Below are positions 52,347-62,505 of a DNA stretch of 64,000 nt, piece by piece. This DNA is from Rhodothermales bacterium (GTDB taxonomy: Bacteria; Bacteroidota; Rhodothermia; Rhodothermales; Bin80). The translations under genes and the position numbers were made by a program. The DNA is taken from assembly GCA_965200825.1 (NCBI GenBank), contig OZ241385.1, positions 461,276-525,275 on the forward strand, in the 5' to 3' direction. Positions within the stretch are counted from its first letter, which is position 1; each line of letters starts with the position of its first letter. The notes under the pieces are model-generated. The model worked only from the letters and a program-made list of their open reading frames with translations. It did not search any database and was not told the origin of the DNA.

Positions 52347-53459
52347 ATGGAATTTGAAAATTCGTCCCCGGCTCGGCTCAATCGACATCTGGTAAGTCGC
52401 AAAAAGGAATTCTATTCACTGAATGATGATCTAATAGAATACCTGAGGAGATATAGAAGGTTGAAGGGACGGGGAGTGCGCTATAAGGATCTTTCCAGGT
52501 ACGTTGAGTCCGTGCCTCTCTACGACGAAGATGGGAATGACACTCTATGGGCTAGTGTAATTTATCAGCCGAACGAACAGCAGGAAATAGATCATGACCT
52601 TGTAGTTACCTACGCAGATTTACGAGGTCATGGCGATCTTTCAATCATCCAGCATCTCTATGTAGATCGAGTTGACCTGTGTCTATATGGAAATACACTT
52701 CCCTACAGGGTTAGAATCGTCAATGCCCTCAACGAAAATGTTGATTATTATTATGTGAAACGTACAGATGCCAATCGCATCTATGGGCTGGAGCTTGAAC
52801 ATCTTCTTTCCCCCAGTCGAATCCAGTATTTCGTCCGGGATGATACCACTATTGAAGAGCATATTGTAGGAGTGCCGGGGGATGTCTTCTTGGCAACAGC
52901 GATGCCGCAGAATCGATTCAATCTGGTACGTTTGGCCAAACAGTTTGTCAAATTTGATACTCGTTGTCTCCTGCAGCTTTTAGGAGATATGCATACGGGA
53001 AATTTCGTGGTTGATGTGACCCGTGACTTTGAAAAATATCACTACCGGTTCCGTCCCATTGATTTTGATCAACAAAGTCATCACCGTAGCATCGAAGTAT
53101 ATCGACCCCAGGCATATGAGGCAAATATCCCCTTTGTTGACGCAGTGAAAAAGGTGCTTCCACCTGTATCAATTGCTCAATATCGCAAGGAAGAAAAAGC
53201 ACTAATAACCCATCGAATGAGAGTTAGTGATGGACGTGTTCATGCATTACTTGAGGTAATGCGCAAAGATCACATTGCAACCCCCGAACATGTCCTGATG
53301 CTGGCAGAAAATTTGAGATCATTCCATGGGGATGACCGATTCGCGGCCTGCACTCATATGGGAGAACTCGTTTATAACTCGATCATGAGGTTGGATCATC
53401 GACCAACAGGTCAGGAAATACGAATTCTTGTGGATGATGCAGCAGGTGACAGTTATTGA
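52347..53459 (+). CDS. Hypothetical protein with kinase-like catalytic motifs (DxHxxN loop LLGDMHTGNFVVD; IDFD)
   Basis: 370 aa. DMHTGNF fits the D-x-H-x-x-N-F catalytic loop of HipA/CtkA and PI3/4-kinase-like folds, followed about 20 residues later by IDFD (DFG-equivalent). No glycine-rich loop is recognisable. Confidence 0.4.
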   Translation: MEFENSSPARLNRHLVSRKKEFYSLNDDLIEYLRRYRRLKGRGVRYKDLSRYVESVPLYDEDGNDTLWASVIYQPNEQQEIDHDLVVTYADLRGHGDLSIIQHLYVDRVDLCLYGNTLPYRVRIVNALNENVDYYYVKRTDANRIYGLELEHLLSPSRIQYFVRDDTTIEEHIVGVPGDVFLATAMPQNRFNLVRLAKQFVKFDTRCLLQLLGDMHTGNFVVDVTRDFEKYHYRFRPIDFDQQSHHRSIEVYRPQAYEANIPFVDAVKKVLPPVSIAQYRKEEKALITHRMRVSDGRVHALLEVMRKDHIATPEHVLMLAENLRSFHGDDRFAACTHMGELVYNSIMRLDHRPTGQEIRILVDDAAGDSY

Positions 53460-54121
53460 AGGAACGGATTGTGTCGACGTTCAAAGCCGATCTTGGTGGG
53501 AGGTCCGTGGCCGGAGTATACAGTCATGTCGTCAGGGAGTGTGAATAGCTTTTGAAATATGGATTGCATTAGGGTTCCCAGATCTCCTCCGGGCAGATCA
53601 GTTCTTCCGATTGATTGCTGAAACAGTACATCGCCAGCAATCACAAACTGGCTGGCATCGTCCACGAAGCAAATAGAGCCCGGTGCATGCCCGGGTGTGT
53701 AAAGAACCTTCCACTCAGTATCTCCAAACGTAATGGTATCCTGTTCGCTCAGCCATTTCTTTGGTGAAGGAATGGATTCCATTTGAAAACCGTACATCCT
53801 AGCTTGATCAGGCGCTCCTTCAAGCCAGGTTGATGAATCTCGATGAGCTTGCCACAAAAGATCATAACGTATCGATAACGCGCGGCATCCTAGGATATGA
53901 TCAACATGGGCGTGTGTCAGCAAAAGATGTTTGACGGTTAACCCATTGGAGCGGATATAGTCAGCGATTTGAGTTTCTTCTTCCTCATTGGAACAGCTTG
54001 CATCCACGATCACAGCTTCGGAGTTGCTGTGGCATACGTAGCTGTTGGTACCGAATGGGTTATGTGTAAACGTTTCCACATGGGTGATGACCATTTTATC
54101 GGGTAAATTTGGGTGGTGCAA
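53453..54121 (-). CDS. MBL-fold metallo-hydrolase (glyoxalase II-like)
   Basis: LLLTHAHVDHILG (HxHxDH), …YTPGHAPGSICF…, …GDVLFQQSIGRTD…. Confidence 0.8.
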   Translation of the reverse strand: MHHPNLPDKMVITHVETFTHNPFGTNSYVCHSNSEAVIVDASCSNEEEETQIADYIRSNGLTVKHLLLTHAHVDHILGCRALSIRYDLLWQAHRDSSTWLEGAPDQARMYGFQMESIPSPKKWLSEQDTITFGDTEWKVLYTPGHAPGSICFVDDASQFVIAGDVLFQQSIGRTDLPGGDLGTLMQSIFQKLFTLPDDMTVYSGHGPPTKIGFERRHNPFLQ

Positions 54122-54776
54122 TGATAATTACGAATTCGCCTTTAATGGCAGATTCGCCATGATATTTGTCGAGTAGTGTTTGTAAATCTCCGCGAGAAAT
54201 TTCCTCAAACTTTTTCGTGATTTCCCGAGCAATGACACTGACTCGCTGCTCTCCCAGCAAATTGATTAAATCGATAAGAGTGCGAATCAACCGATGAGGA
54301 CTTTCATAGAGTACGACAGTACGTGTTTCCAGTTTGATTGCTTCTAAACGCTGATTGCGCCCTTTTCGTGTTGGCAGAAAGCCTTCAAATACGAAGCGCT
54401 CTGAGGGAATGCCGCTGGCTGTAAGAGCAGGAATCAATGCAGTGGGACCAGGAAGGGCCTGAACCGGGATACTCTCTTCCCAGCACAGTCGAACTAGGTA
54501 AAAACCGGGGTCACTAAGCCCGGGAGAGCCAGCATCGCTGATCAATGCAATCTGTTGCCCGGCTTTCATTCGATCAATCAGTTGGGGGGCCCGTGAGCGC
54601 TCATTGTGGTTATGGTAGCTGATTGTCGATGTAGAAATACCATAATGTGAAAGAAATACCCCTGAGCTTCGAGTATCTTCACAGGCAATGAGATCCACGA
54701 AATTTAGTGTATCAATTGCTCGATATGTGACATCCGCTAAGTTCCCAATGGGGGTCGGCACCAGATAGAGCATCAA
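54096..54776 (-). CDS. rsmI: 16S rRNA (cytidine1402-2'-O)-methyltransferase
   Basis: MLYLVPTPIGNLADVTYRAIDTL…IACEDTR…, tetrapyrrole-methylase fold, 226 aa. Confidence 0.85.
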   Translation of the reverse strand: MMLYLVPTPIGNLADVTYRAIDTLNFVDLIACEDTRSSGVFLSHYGISTSTISYHNHNERSRAPQLIDRMKAGQQIALISDAGSPGLSDPGFYLVRLCWEESIPVQALPGPTALIPALTASGIPSERFVFEGFLPTRKGRNQRLEAIKLETRTVVLYESPHRLIRTLIDLINLLGEQRVSVIAREITKKFEEISRGDLQTLLDKYHGESAIKGEFVIIIAPPKFTR

Positions 54777-54949
54777 TATTCAAGCATTTCCATACTGAAT
54801 TTATTGCAAAACAATCGGTAGGATTAAATCAGTGTTCATTACAAACAGGCTAATTGATGACAGTGATTGTCCGATTTCATTGTAATTGACAAAAACATAA
54901 TAGCGTCGCTTCTGTGGAGAATAAACGACCATATAGGGCTTCGGGTTAG

Positions 54950-55360
54950 TTAATTTGACGATTTTTCGATGATCGAGTACAAAACAAATGTGGCCATCCC
55001 ACTGAGGCCAAGTACCAGTGAGACTGGCCAAAAAGCTTCTGTCAAAGTACTCGTGCCTGCCGCCACTGCCAGTGATACCGAAACAATCATTGCCATAAGG
55101 TTTTTCTGACGCGTCAGTCGGCTTTTCTCAAGTTCAATTTGGCCATCGCGTTCAATGATCTTCAGAACTCTATTGCCCATGCCAGGAGATATTGCTTCGT
55201 ACTGTTCAATGTGTGCCAGTATAGATCGTTTTCCGTCATTCTGTCCGATATGTATTGAAGAAGCATCCTCCTTCGATATATTTTCAGAAGCTAGAATCTT
55301 ATCTATGGGGTTTTCGGATTTATTCATAGATGTTTTTGATATTGAGTGAGCATCTTGCAA
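54950..55360 (-). CDS. Hypothetical membrane protein
   Basis: 136 aa with two C-terminal TM helices. No motif recognised. Moderate coding confidence. Confidence 0.3.
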   Translation of the reverse strand: MQDAHSISKTSMNKSENPIDKILASENISKEDASSIHIGQNDGKRSILAHIEQYEAISPGMGNRVLKIIERDGQIELEKSRLTRQKNLMAMIVSVSLAVAAGTSTLTEAFWPVSLVLGLSGMATFVLYSIIEKSSN

Positions 55361-55531
55361 ATTTCGGGTTCAGGATTTGGAAAAAACTAAAGTGTGGCTG
55401 CATGAGAATCTGGACATGAAATACATTTTCTACCAGAGGAGCAGGCTTCATATTCTCAGAGCAATATCCCATTCGTTTGTCATGACAAAACTGGCAAATT
55501 ACATCAATATTCCACATCTTCTCTGATTAAT

Positions 55532-57052
55532 CTAATGTTCAACTTGAATGCTCAGAGGAGTCTTTTCATCATCAACGTTCTTTTGGTTGTTGATGAAAGG
55601 GATTGAAGAATAATATGGCCTCACTCTCAGATCATGAGCAACTCGGATAAAGAGCCAAACTCCAATGAAGCCAATCAAAATATTTGCACACCACATGCCG
55701 ATCCAAGGAGTGAGCAGTTCTCGATCAGCCAGTTTTTCTCCCTGAACCAGAGTGATCCAGTAGAAAATAAAAATACTCATCGCTGCAAGGCAGGCAACTC
55801 CGAGTCCCCCCCGACGAATACTTAATCCAAGCGGTATGCCAATCAGGACAAAAACAAAGCAAGCCACGGAGATTGAATATTTTTTGTGAATCTCCACCTG
55901 ATAGCGGCTGATGATCGTGGTAGTACGTTTGAGATTCCGCCCCTTACCAGAAGCTGTAGTTCGTGCATCCTGCCCATAATTCCGCGCATTCTGATATATG
56001 CGCCGAACTTGGTCCGTAGTTAATCCATCTAATATGCTGCGCCGAGCGATCGAATTCGTCGGATCTTCCCTGTTAAATGCAGATATTGAGGCTGATTGGT
56101 TTAAATTCTGTCCCGAAGCTCCATTGGAATCCGTTACCGAATCTCTCCTATGGTGATCAGAGGAGAGCGGGGTTGGTGCTATACTTCGGAGCTCGATAGT
56201 CTGCTCCGTAAATTGATGTTTGAGAGAATCTACAATCTCAAACATCTGATCTACAGGTGTTGAGCGATCTGATCGATAACTCCCGGTTTGAGGTGCAGTT
56301 TGAAATCCGAGCTCGCTAAGATCAAGGCGCAGTTGGAGGCGCTCAAAACTGAGTTGTTCATATCGTTCAATGGTGATGGCCTTGGAGGGACGGAAGAGTC
56401 GATGTACTTCACCATTCAGGAGTATCATATCCAGAAAGTCTCCCTGTGGGATCAGTTCTCCACGGTCAGCATGAATAGTTGCAACATTGGCCACCCCCTG
56501 TGTATAGTCGTAGATCAGAATATCGTAGAGAGAATTGCCTTCTCGTTTTCCAACCAAAATACTGTATTCGTCAATCTCCTGATAGAATACACCTGGTTCT
56601 AGTTCAAATCCGGGTCGTGCATTCCGAATGGTCTGCCACATATTGAGGGCCCTGAAGTTTGATTCAGGGAGCAATACGTTATTGAAGTACATCATCCCCC
56701 AAGAAAGAAGGGCCGCGGCAAGGAGCACCGGCCAACTTAGACTCCAGAGGGTAATGCCACAGTTACGAACAACTACCCAAGAACGTGATTCTGCCAGTGA
56801 GCCGAAAACCATTAACGTTGATAGAAGAGAAGCCATGGGTACGGCTAACACGATCATATAGGCAAGATTGTAGGTAATCAGTTCCAGAATGAGAGCAATC
56901 GGCAAATCTCTTCCTGTCAATTCCGGTAGAAATTTAATCAGGAACTGCATCAACAACAGAAATAACAAGAGCAGTAGCCATCCCAAAAATGGGCCTGGCA
57001 GTTGCTTCAATATCATTTGGTGGATGATTCTCATCTTTGGAAAAAAGCCCAT
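55532..57052 (-). CDS. LptF/LptG (YjgP/YjgQ) family LPS export permease
   Basis: 506 aa. N-terminal 3 TM (…ILELITYNLAYMIVLAVPMASLLSTLMVFG…), large periplasmic beta-jellyroll with a low-complexity insert, C-terminal 3 TM. Confidence 0.75.
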   Translation of the reverse strand: MGFFPKMRIIHQMILKQLPGPFLGWLLLLLFLLLMQFLIKFLPELTGRDLPIALILELITYNLAYMIVLAVPMASLLSTLMVFGSLAESRSWVVVRNCGITLWSLSWPVLLAAALLSWGMMYFNNVLLPESNFRALNMWQTIRNARPGFELEPGVFYQEIDEYSILVGKREGNSLYDILIYDYTQGVANVATIHADRGELIPQGDFLDMILLNGEVHRLFRPSKAITIERYEQLSFERLQLRLDLSELGFQTAPQTGSYRSDRSTPVDQMFEIVDSLKHQFTEQTIELRSIAPTPLSSDHHRRDSVTDSNGASGQNLNQSASISAFNREDPTNSIARRSILDGLTTDQVRRIYQNARNYGQDARTTASGKGRNLKRTTTIISRYQVEIHKKYSISVACFVFVLIGIPLGLSIRRGGLGVACLAAMSIFIFYWITLVQGEKLADRELLTPWIGMWCANILIGFIGVWLFIRVAHDLRVRPYYSSIPFINNQKNVDDEKTPLSIQVEH

Positions 57053-57238
57053 CAGTTCAATGATCGATCAGGGATCTATAATTAATCTGCATGATAAACG
57101 TTGAATTGGGTGTAGTGTAACAAAAATCTATCAATTTCTAATTTTCTGCTTTGATGAGAGGTGTTTATGGGGCAACACGCGTTGCTGCCCAGAGTTATAC
57201 GGGTTTAATGATTCCATGCAGAGTCTGGCGACAAAAAT

Positions 57239-60184
57239 ATGAATTCTAAAAAAGGCGCGGATTTTTTTGTATCCATTGGGGTATTTGTGTATGCGACCAT
57301 CCTTTATGGTCTGACGGTTGCACCCACAGCGAGTTTCTGGGATGCAGGAGAATTCATTGCGATCGCCCATGGTCTGCAAGTATCCCATCCACCGGGTGCC
57401 CCATTCTATATGCTGGTCGGGAGATTATTCTCCATGTTCGCTCCCGATCATTTGGTTTCATTGTCAATCAATATGCTTTCCGTGCTGTGTAGTTCGATCA
57501 CGGTACTTCTCACATATTGGATTATTGTACGACTGCTACGAAAATTCATCTCCGGTACAGAAGAGGGCAAGCTCACATTTATGCATCACTTCGGTGGAGT
57601 CATCGGAGCCTGTACGTTTGCAGCGACAGATTCATTCTGGTTTAATGCAGTGGAGGCGGAGGTATATGCGATGTCCATGTTGTTCACTGCACTTGTAGTA
57701 TGGCTGATCATGAAGTGGAGTGAGGTGGCAAAGGATGAGTTAAAGAGTACGCAGGATCGCCTCGGGCTGGGAGCCAATCGAATTCTTGTACTGGTTGCAT
57801 ACTTGTTTGGACTTGCGATTGGAGTTCATCTAATGAGCCTCCTTGCATTGTTTTTTATCGCACTCATCATCTTTTTTGTCGAGTACGATAAGAAAGAATG
57901 GACAATTAAGGGGCAGCCTGAATGGAAGTCGATGAAGCGATGGCGGGCTATTTTGCTGACGCTTGTCATTGCATCTATCGTGTTCTTGGGTATTTATCCT
58001 GGAATTATTCAAAAACTGCCTGGAATTGCCGGCTCAACAGGGCAGCCACTCTTAACCCTCTTCTCCCTCGTTGTTGTAGTCGTTTTTGTCGTATGGTATA
58101 CTCATAACCGGTCGCTGCAAGTGGCAAACCTGGTATCTATCTGTGTGCTTATGGTTCTGATTGGATACTCGAGCTATGCAGTAATTTTTATTCGGAGTGC
58201 AGCGAATCCTCCCATTGACGAGAATGATCCGGAAACACCAGAAGCTATTGTATCCTATCTGGAGCGGGAACAGTATGGAGATACACCAATTCTGACTGGA
58301 GCAAGCTTTAATGATGATACGGGAAGTTTTGATGAAGAGAACATAAAGTTGTTCCCACGCCGTCATTCACCTGCCCCGCAACATGTGAATATTTACAGGC
58401 AGTACTCCTCTGATATGGATTACTTCTGGAGGTATCAGCTGGGGCACATGTACCTGAGATATTTTTTATGGAATTTTTCAGGGCGTGAGAGCGATGTTGA
58501 AGGCGCGCGTGCAATCACAGGGATTTCATTGCTTGAAGGTTCGAGCGAGGAGTTTCACCAAACTCCCAGTGAAAAGGCAAGTCACAATCGTTACTTCGGA
58601 TTGCCTCTGTTATTGGGGTTGTTCGGGATGTTCTATCATTTTCGTCAAGATTGGAAACATGCGTTTAGTGTATTGATCCTGTTTCTCGTGACAGGTATAG
58701 GTATCATTTTGTATTTGAATCAAACCCCCTTGCAACCACGTGAGCGGGATTATGCCTATGTGGCCAGTTTTTTTGCCTTCGCTTTTTGGATTGGAATTGG
58801 TGCAAGCGGGCTATTGCAGTTGTTATTAGATTCCATAAAGAATACAGTAGAGCAATCTCGTTATGTTGCTTGGGCTGCTGCACCGATCATATTTTTGGCT
58901 GTTCCGGGGTGGATGGCGTTCGAAAATTATGACGACCATGATCGTTCAGGGCGTTACGTTGCCCCGGATTATGCACATAATATGCTGATGAGTGTCGCAC
59001 CAAATGCAGTTCTTTTCACGAACGGCGACAACGATACATTTCCTCTGTGGTATTTGCAGGAAGTAGAGGGAATCCGAAGAGATGTACGTGTAGCAAATCT
59101 CTCGCTCCTGAATACGCCATGGTATGTGAGGCAGCTCAAGAATCAGTATTCTCGAGAGTCAACACCTCTGCCTATTACTTTATCTGAATCAGAAATCGGT
59201 AACCTAGGAGCTCGTCTATGGAGGCCTGCAGCTCAGACTTTACCCGTTGATCCAGCATTGTTCTCTGAGGAGTCAGAGGTGTTTTTGGGACAGACTGATC
59301 GAAGTTTAATGGATTCTACCATGGGTTGGATATTAGAGGGACGGAGATTCAGTACTGATCCAGAGACAGGGGATCCACTAAATCTTCTATATGGTGCCGA
59401 TATTGCCGCGCTAAATATTATTCACGGCGCAGCCGCCGGGGGATGGAAGCGCCCTGTGTATTTTGCTGTTACGGTAGCTACTGATGGACGTCTTAATCTA
59501 GATAATTATTTTCAACTAGAGGGGCAGGCTTTGAGGATTGTGCCAATACGCCATGATGAGCGATTTGGTAGGGTTGAGCTTGGCGTTACCCCTGAGCGAT
59601 TAAGGACGTTCAAGTTTAGGAATCTCGACAATCCGGATGTCTATTATGATGCCAATATTCGGCGTATGGTGGATAACTATAGGAATATTTTTTCTCAGGT
59701 TGCGTCAGCCATGATTGAGGCCGGCCAGATAGATGAAGGGATTGCACTGATGGATGAGTTTATGGAGAAGGTGCCATTTACTACAATCCCGGGAGATTTT
59801 ATTTCATTCATTTATACAGCTCGTGTCTATCAATTGGCAGGAATGCATGAAAAAGCTATAGAGATCTATCGTCATTCGGAGCCTTTATTGATGCATCGAT
59901 TGAGTCAAAGCAATTCTCAGGGGGATGATCGATATACGTTCACGTTTCTACAATCAATTCGATCTGCATATCTGGAGGCTTCCGACTTTGAGGGTGCAGC
60001 GGCGTTAGAAAATAAAATTCGAGAATCTTTTGGAGAAGAGGCAACTGTGACTGCAGCCGAAATGCAGGCTTTGGTGATGGATATTTTTGATGGGGAGATC
60101 TCTGATACTTTTTCGGGTTCAGATTCACTTCCTGCACAGGATTCTATATCGGAAGAGACAGGATTTGAAGGTGAAGATCAATAA
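57239..60184 (+). CDS. DUF2723 family large membrane protein (GT-C-like putative glycosyltransferase, TMEM260-like)
   Basis: 981 aa. N-terminal …TVAPTASFWDAGEFIAIAHGLQVSHPPGAPFYML… signature of DUF2723, about 12 TM, C-terminal TPR-like soluble region. Confidence 0.7.
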   Translation: MNSKKGADFFVSIGVFVYATILYGLTVAPTASFWDAGEFIAIAHGLQVSHPPGAPFYMLVGRLFSMFAPDHLVSLSINMLSVLCSSITVLLTYWIIVRLLRKFISGTEEGKLTFMHHFGGVIGACTFAATDSFWFNAVEAEVYAMSMLFTALVVWLIMKWSEVAKDELKSTQDRLGLGANRILVLVAYLFGLAIGVHLMSLLALFFIALIIFFVEYDKKEWTIKGQPEWKSMKRWRAILLTLVIASIVFLGIYPGIIQKLPGIAGSTGQPLLTLFSLVVVVVFVVWYTHNRSLQVANLVSICVLMVLIGYSSYAVIFIRSAANPPIDENDPETPEAIVSYLEREQYGDTPILTGASFNDDTGSFDEENIKLFPRRHSPAPQHVNIYRQYSSDMDYFWRYQLGHMYLRYFLWNFSGRESDVEGARAITGISLLEGSSEEFHQTPSEKASHNRYFGLPLLLGLFGMFYHFRQDWKHAFSVLILFLVTGIGIILYLNQTPLQPRERDYAYVASFFAFAFWIGIGASGLLQLLLDSIKNTVEQSRYVAWAAAPIIFLAVPGWMAFENYDDHDRSGRYVAPDYAHNMLMSVAPNAVLFTNGDNDTFPLWYLQEVEGIRRDVRVANLSLLNTPWYVRQLKNQYSRESTPLPITLSESEIGNLGARLWRPAAQTLPVDPALFSEESEVFLGQTDRSLMDSTMGWILEGRRFSTDPETGDPLNLLYGADIAALNIIHGAAAGGWKRPVYFAVTVATDGRLNLDNYFQLEGQALRIVPIRHDERFGRVELGVTPERLRTFKFRNLDNPDVYYDANIRRMVDNYRNIFSQVASAMIEAGQIDEGIALMDEFMEKVPFTTIPGDFISFIYTARVYQLAGMHEKAIEIYRHSEPLLMHRLSQSNSQGDDRYTFTFLQSIRSAYLEASDFEGAAALENKIRESFGEEATVTAAEMQALVMDIFDGEISDTFSGSDSLPAQDSISEETGFEGEDQ

Positions 60185-60214
60185 ACTTAAGCCATTATTA
60201 GACAGAGAGCGGAT

Positions 60215-60703
60215 ATGACTTTTCAGTTTCAGGAGCATGATTTCGAGCGAATTGGTCGGACACTCGGTGCGACACCTGTAAAAAAGGATCGGGTGGTTTT
60301 TTATGAAATCAAGAATGAGGAGCTTGGGGAAGTTGTAAAATTGGAGATTTCCATAGATGTTGAGTTCCCGGGTGATCTCAAGGATGAAATTCCAGGCCAT
60401 ATCATTACGGCTGAAACGGCGAGCTGCCAGTTGCATCTGGTTGGGTGCACCGGATTGTTCGCGGAGGAAGAGTTTCGGGAAGTTATCTTTTACGCTCGGG
60501 GGCATAATGTTGTGAATGCACTCATTGTGCAGGCAAAGGCATGGTGTCAAGTATATTCTAATTATGATCGTCGCTTATTGGATATGGATTATACCAAAAT
60601 GCCCAGGCAGATCTCGAATAGCGTGATCTCTTTCATGATGGCAGAGGGAATTCTGGAAGGCTTTGAGTTTGATGAAGACGAAGAAACTTCCATCACAGGC
60701 TGA
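60215..60703 (+). CDS. Hypothetical protein
   Basis: 162 aa ORF, no recognisable motif. Overlaps the ybeY start by 41 bp. Confidence 0.35.
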   Translation: MTFQFQEHDFERIGRTLGATPVKKDRVVFYEIKNEELGEVVKLEISIDVEFPGDLKDEIPGHIITAETASCQLHLVGCTGLFAEEEFREVIFYARGHNVVNALIVQAKAWCQVYSNYDRRLLDMDYTKMPRQISNSVISFMMAEGILEGFEFDEDEETSITG

Positions 60704-61175
60704 AACCGAAGTGGAATTCTGGCCTGATTCCCCTGAAATTTTACCAGAAGATGCGGTGATAATCTATACAGACCATTCTCATCTTAACCTGGATTCCGAT
60801 CGAATACGGAGTTTGGTCAACCAGATTACTGAAGCAGAGGGGCGACAGATTCATCGATTGGAGATTGTATTAACGGGGGCTGAGAAGCTTCATAGCTTGA
60901 ACAAGTTGTGGAAAAATGCTGATTATGATACGGATGTACTCAGCTTCTCATTCACCGATGGCTCTCTAATTGACGCAGCGGTATATGTAAGTCTGGATTT
61001 TGCACAGGAGTCCTGTAAATCTTATGGGGTCACTTTTATCCAGGAAGCTAGTCGTTACATTGTACACGGTTTACTTCATTTGATTGGCTACGAAGACAAT
61101 ACGATCGAAGCTAAGAAGGTCATGCGTCAAAAGGAAGATCAGTATCTCCTACATGCAGGCCTTATCAAGGTGTGA
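60663..61175 (+). CDS. ybeY: rRNA maturation RNase YbeY
   Basis: C-terminal HGLLHLIGYED (H-x3-H-x5-H zinc motif) and …DVLSFSF… core. Start choice uncertain (60663 or a later Met). Confidence 0.75.
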   Translation: MSLMKTKKLPSQAETEVEFWPDSPEILPEDAVIIYTDHSHLNLDSDRIRSLVNQITEAEGRQIHRLEIVLTGAEKLHSLNKLWKNADYDTDVLSFSFTDGSLIDAAVYVSLDFAQESCKSYGVTFIQEASRYIVHGLLHLIGYEDNTIEAKKVMRQKEDQYLLHAGLIKV

Positions 61176-61459
61176 AATTTTCTAGATACGAAAGAAGTTC
61201 TGTCGGATTTCCCAAACTGAGTCCCTTCCGGAGTACATCCAAATACGGCCGGAATCTGATCCTGCTGGGGTTCCGATCCAAGCTATGCTATTGCCTTATT
61301 GCGCTGCCCCCTTGCAGAGGGCACGTCAATAAACATGAAATTTGCTTGATTTTGATTAGCGCCTGCTGATATGGAACATAGATAGACAGATTTACTAAAA
61401 TCAACGGGTTGTGTGTAGGCAAGTTTTTAAATCCATAAAATCCCCAAATTTATAGTAGT

Positions 61460-62278
61460 ATGAGGACGACATTGCTCTTGGGTGGGCTTAGTGGTCTGGT
61501 GCTTGCACTTGGTGCATTTCTTGGTGGGGAGGTGGGTTTGTTGCTCGCATTTGTCATTGCAATCGCAATGAATTTTGGGTCCTATTGGTATTCTGACAAG
61601 ATTGTCTTGAGGATGTATCGTGCCCAGGAAGTGGGAAAAGATCACCAGCTTTATCGGATTACAGAACGTTTGGCGCAAAATGCAGGATTACCGATGCCGA
61701 GAGTATATGTAATCCCTGATCATTCTCCGAATGCTTTTGCTACTGGACGTAATCCCGATCATGCAGCAGTCGCTGCCACTGAAGGATTAATCCGGAATTT
61801 GAATCAGTCAGAATTGACGGGAGTGATGGCGCATGAGTTGGCACATGTCAGAAACCGTGATATTCTGATCAGTTCAATCTCAGCCACACTTGCTGCAACG
61901 ATCATGATGGTTGCACGCATGGCACAATTTGCAATGATTTTTGGAGGAGGCGGAGATCGGAGAGATAATATTGTGAGCTTTCTTGCGACCTTGATTCTCG
62001 CACCAATTGCTGCAGTCCTGATTCAGTCAGCGATTTCCAGGTCGAGAGAATTTGTAGCGGATAGAACAGGCGCAGAAATTGCAGGTTCTTCAAAAGGGTT
62101 GGCCGGTGCACTTGTAAAGATTGAAAATATTCAAGAACGCATTCCCATGGATGCGAATCCGGCTACTGCTCATATGTTTATTATGATGCCGTTTTCTAGA
62201 AAGGGTTTCATGTCTTTGTTTAGTACCCATCCTCCTACGGAGGAACGAATTCGAAGATTACATTCCTTGGGAATCTAA
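61460..62278 (+). CDS. htpX: Protease HtpX homolog (M48 zinc metalloprotease)
   Basis: HELAHVRNRD (HExxH), two N-terminal and two central TM helices, 272 aa. Confidence 0.85.
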   Translation: MRTTLLLGGLSGLVLALGAFLGGEVGLLLAFVIAIAMNFGSYWYSDKIVLRMYRAQEVGKDHQLYRITERLAQNAGLPMPRVYVIPDHSPNAFATGRNPDHAAVAATEGLIRNLNQSELTGVMAHELAHVRNRDILISSISATLAATIMMVARMAQFAMIFGGGGDRRDNIVSFLATLILAPIAAVLIQSAISRSREFVADRTGAEIAGSSKGLAGALVKIENIQERIPMDANPATAHMFIMMPFSRKGFMSLFSTHPPTEERIRRLHSLGI

Positions 62279-62505
62279 GATCTCATGGGGATTTTATAAT
62301 TTCCGCATGTCACAGGAAAGTTAGAATGATGCAGTTGATAACCCAAACGCCATAAAACAGCAGGAACCCCCAATTGCTTTTGATTGGAATCTCTTTCAGG
62401 AAGCATCAGGTTTGATGTTGGAACCTTTGAGAGTACAACTACGTCACCTTACCGGGAAATTTTTTCCACTGTTACGAAGCTCTAAACAAACTATCTATAC
62501 TTATA

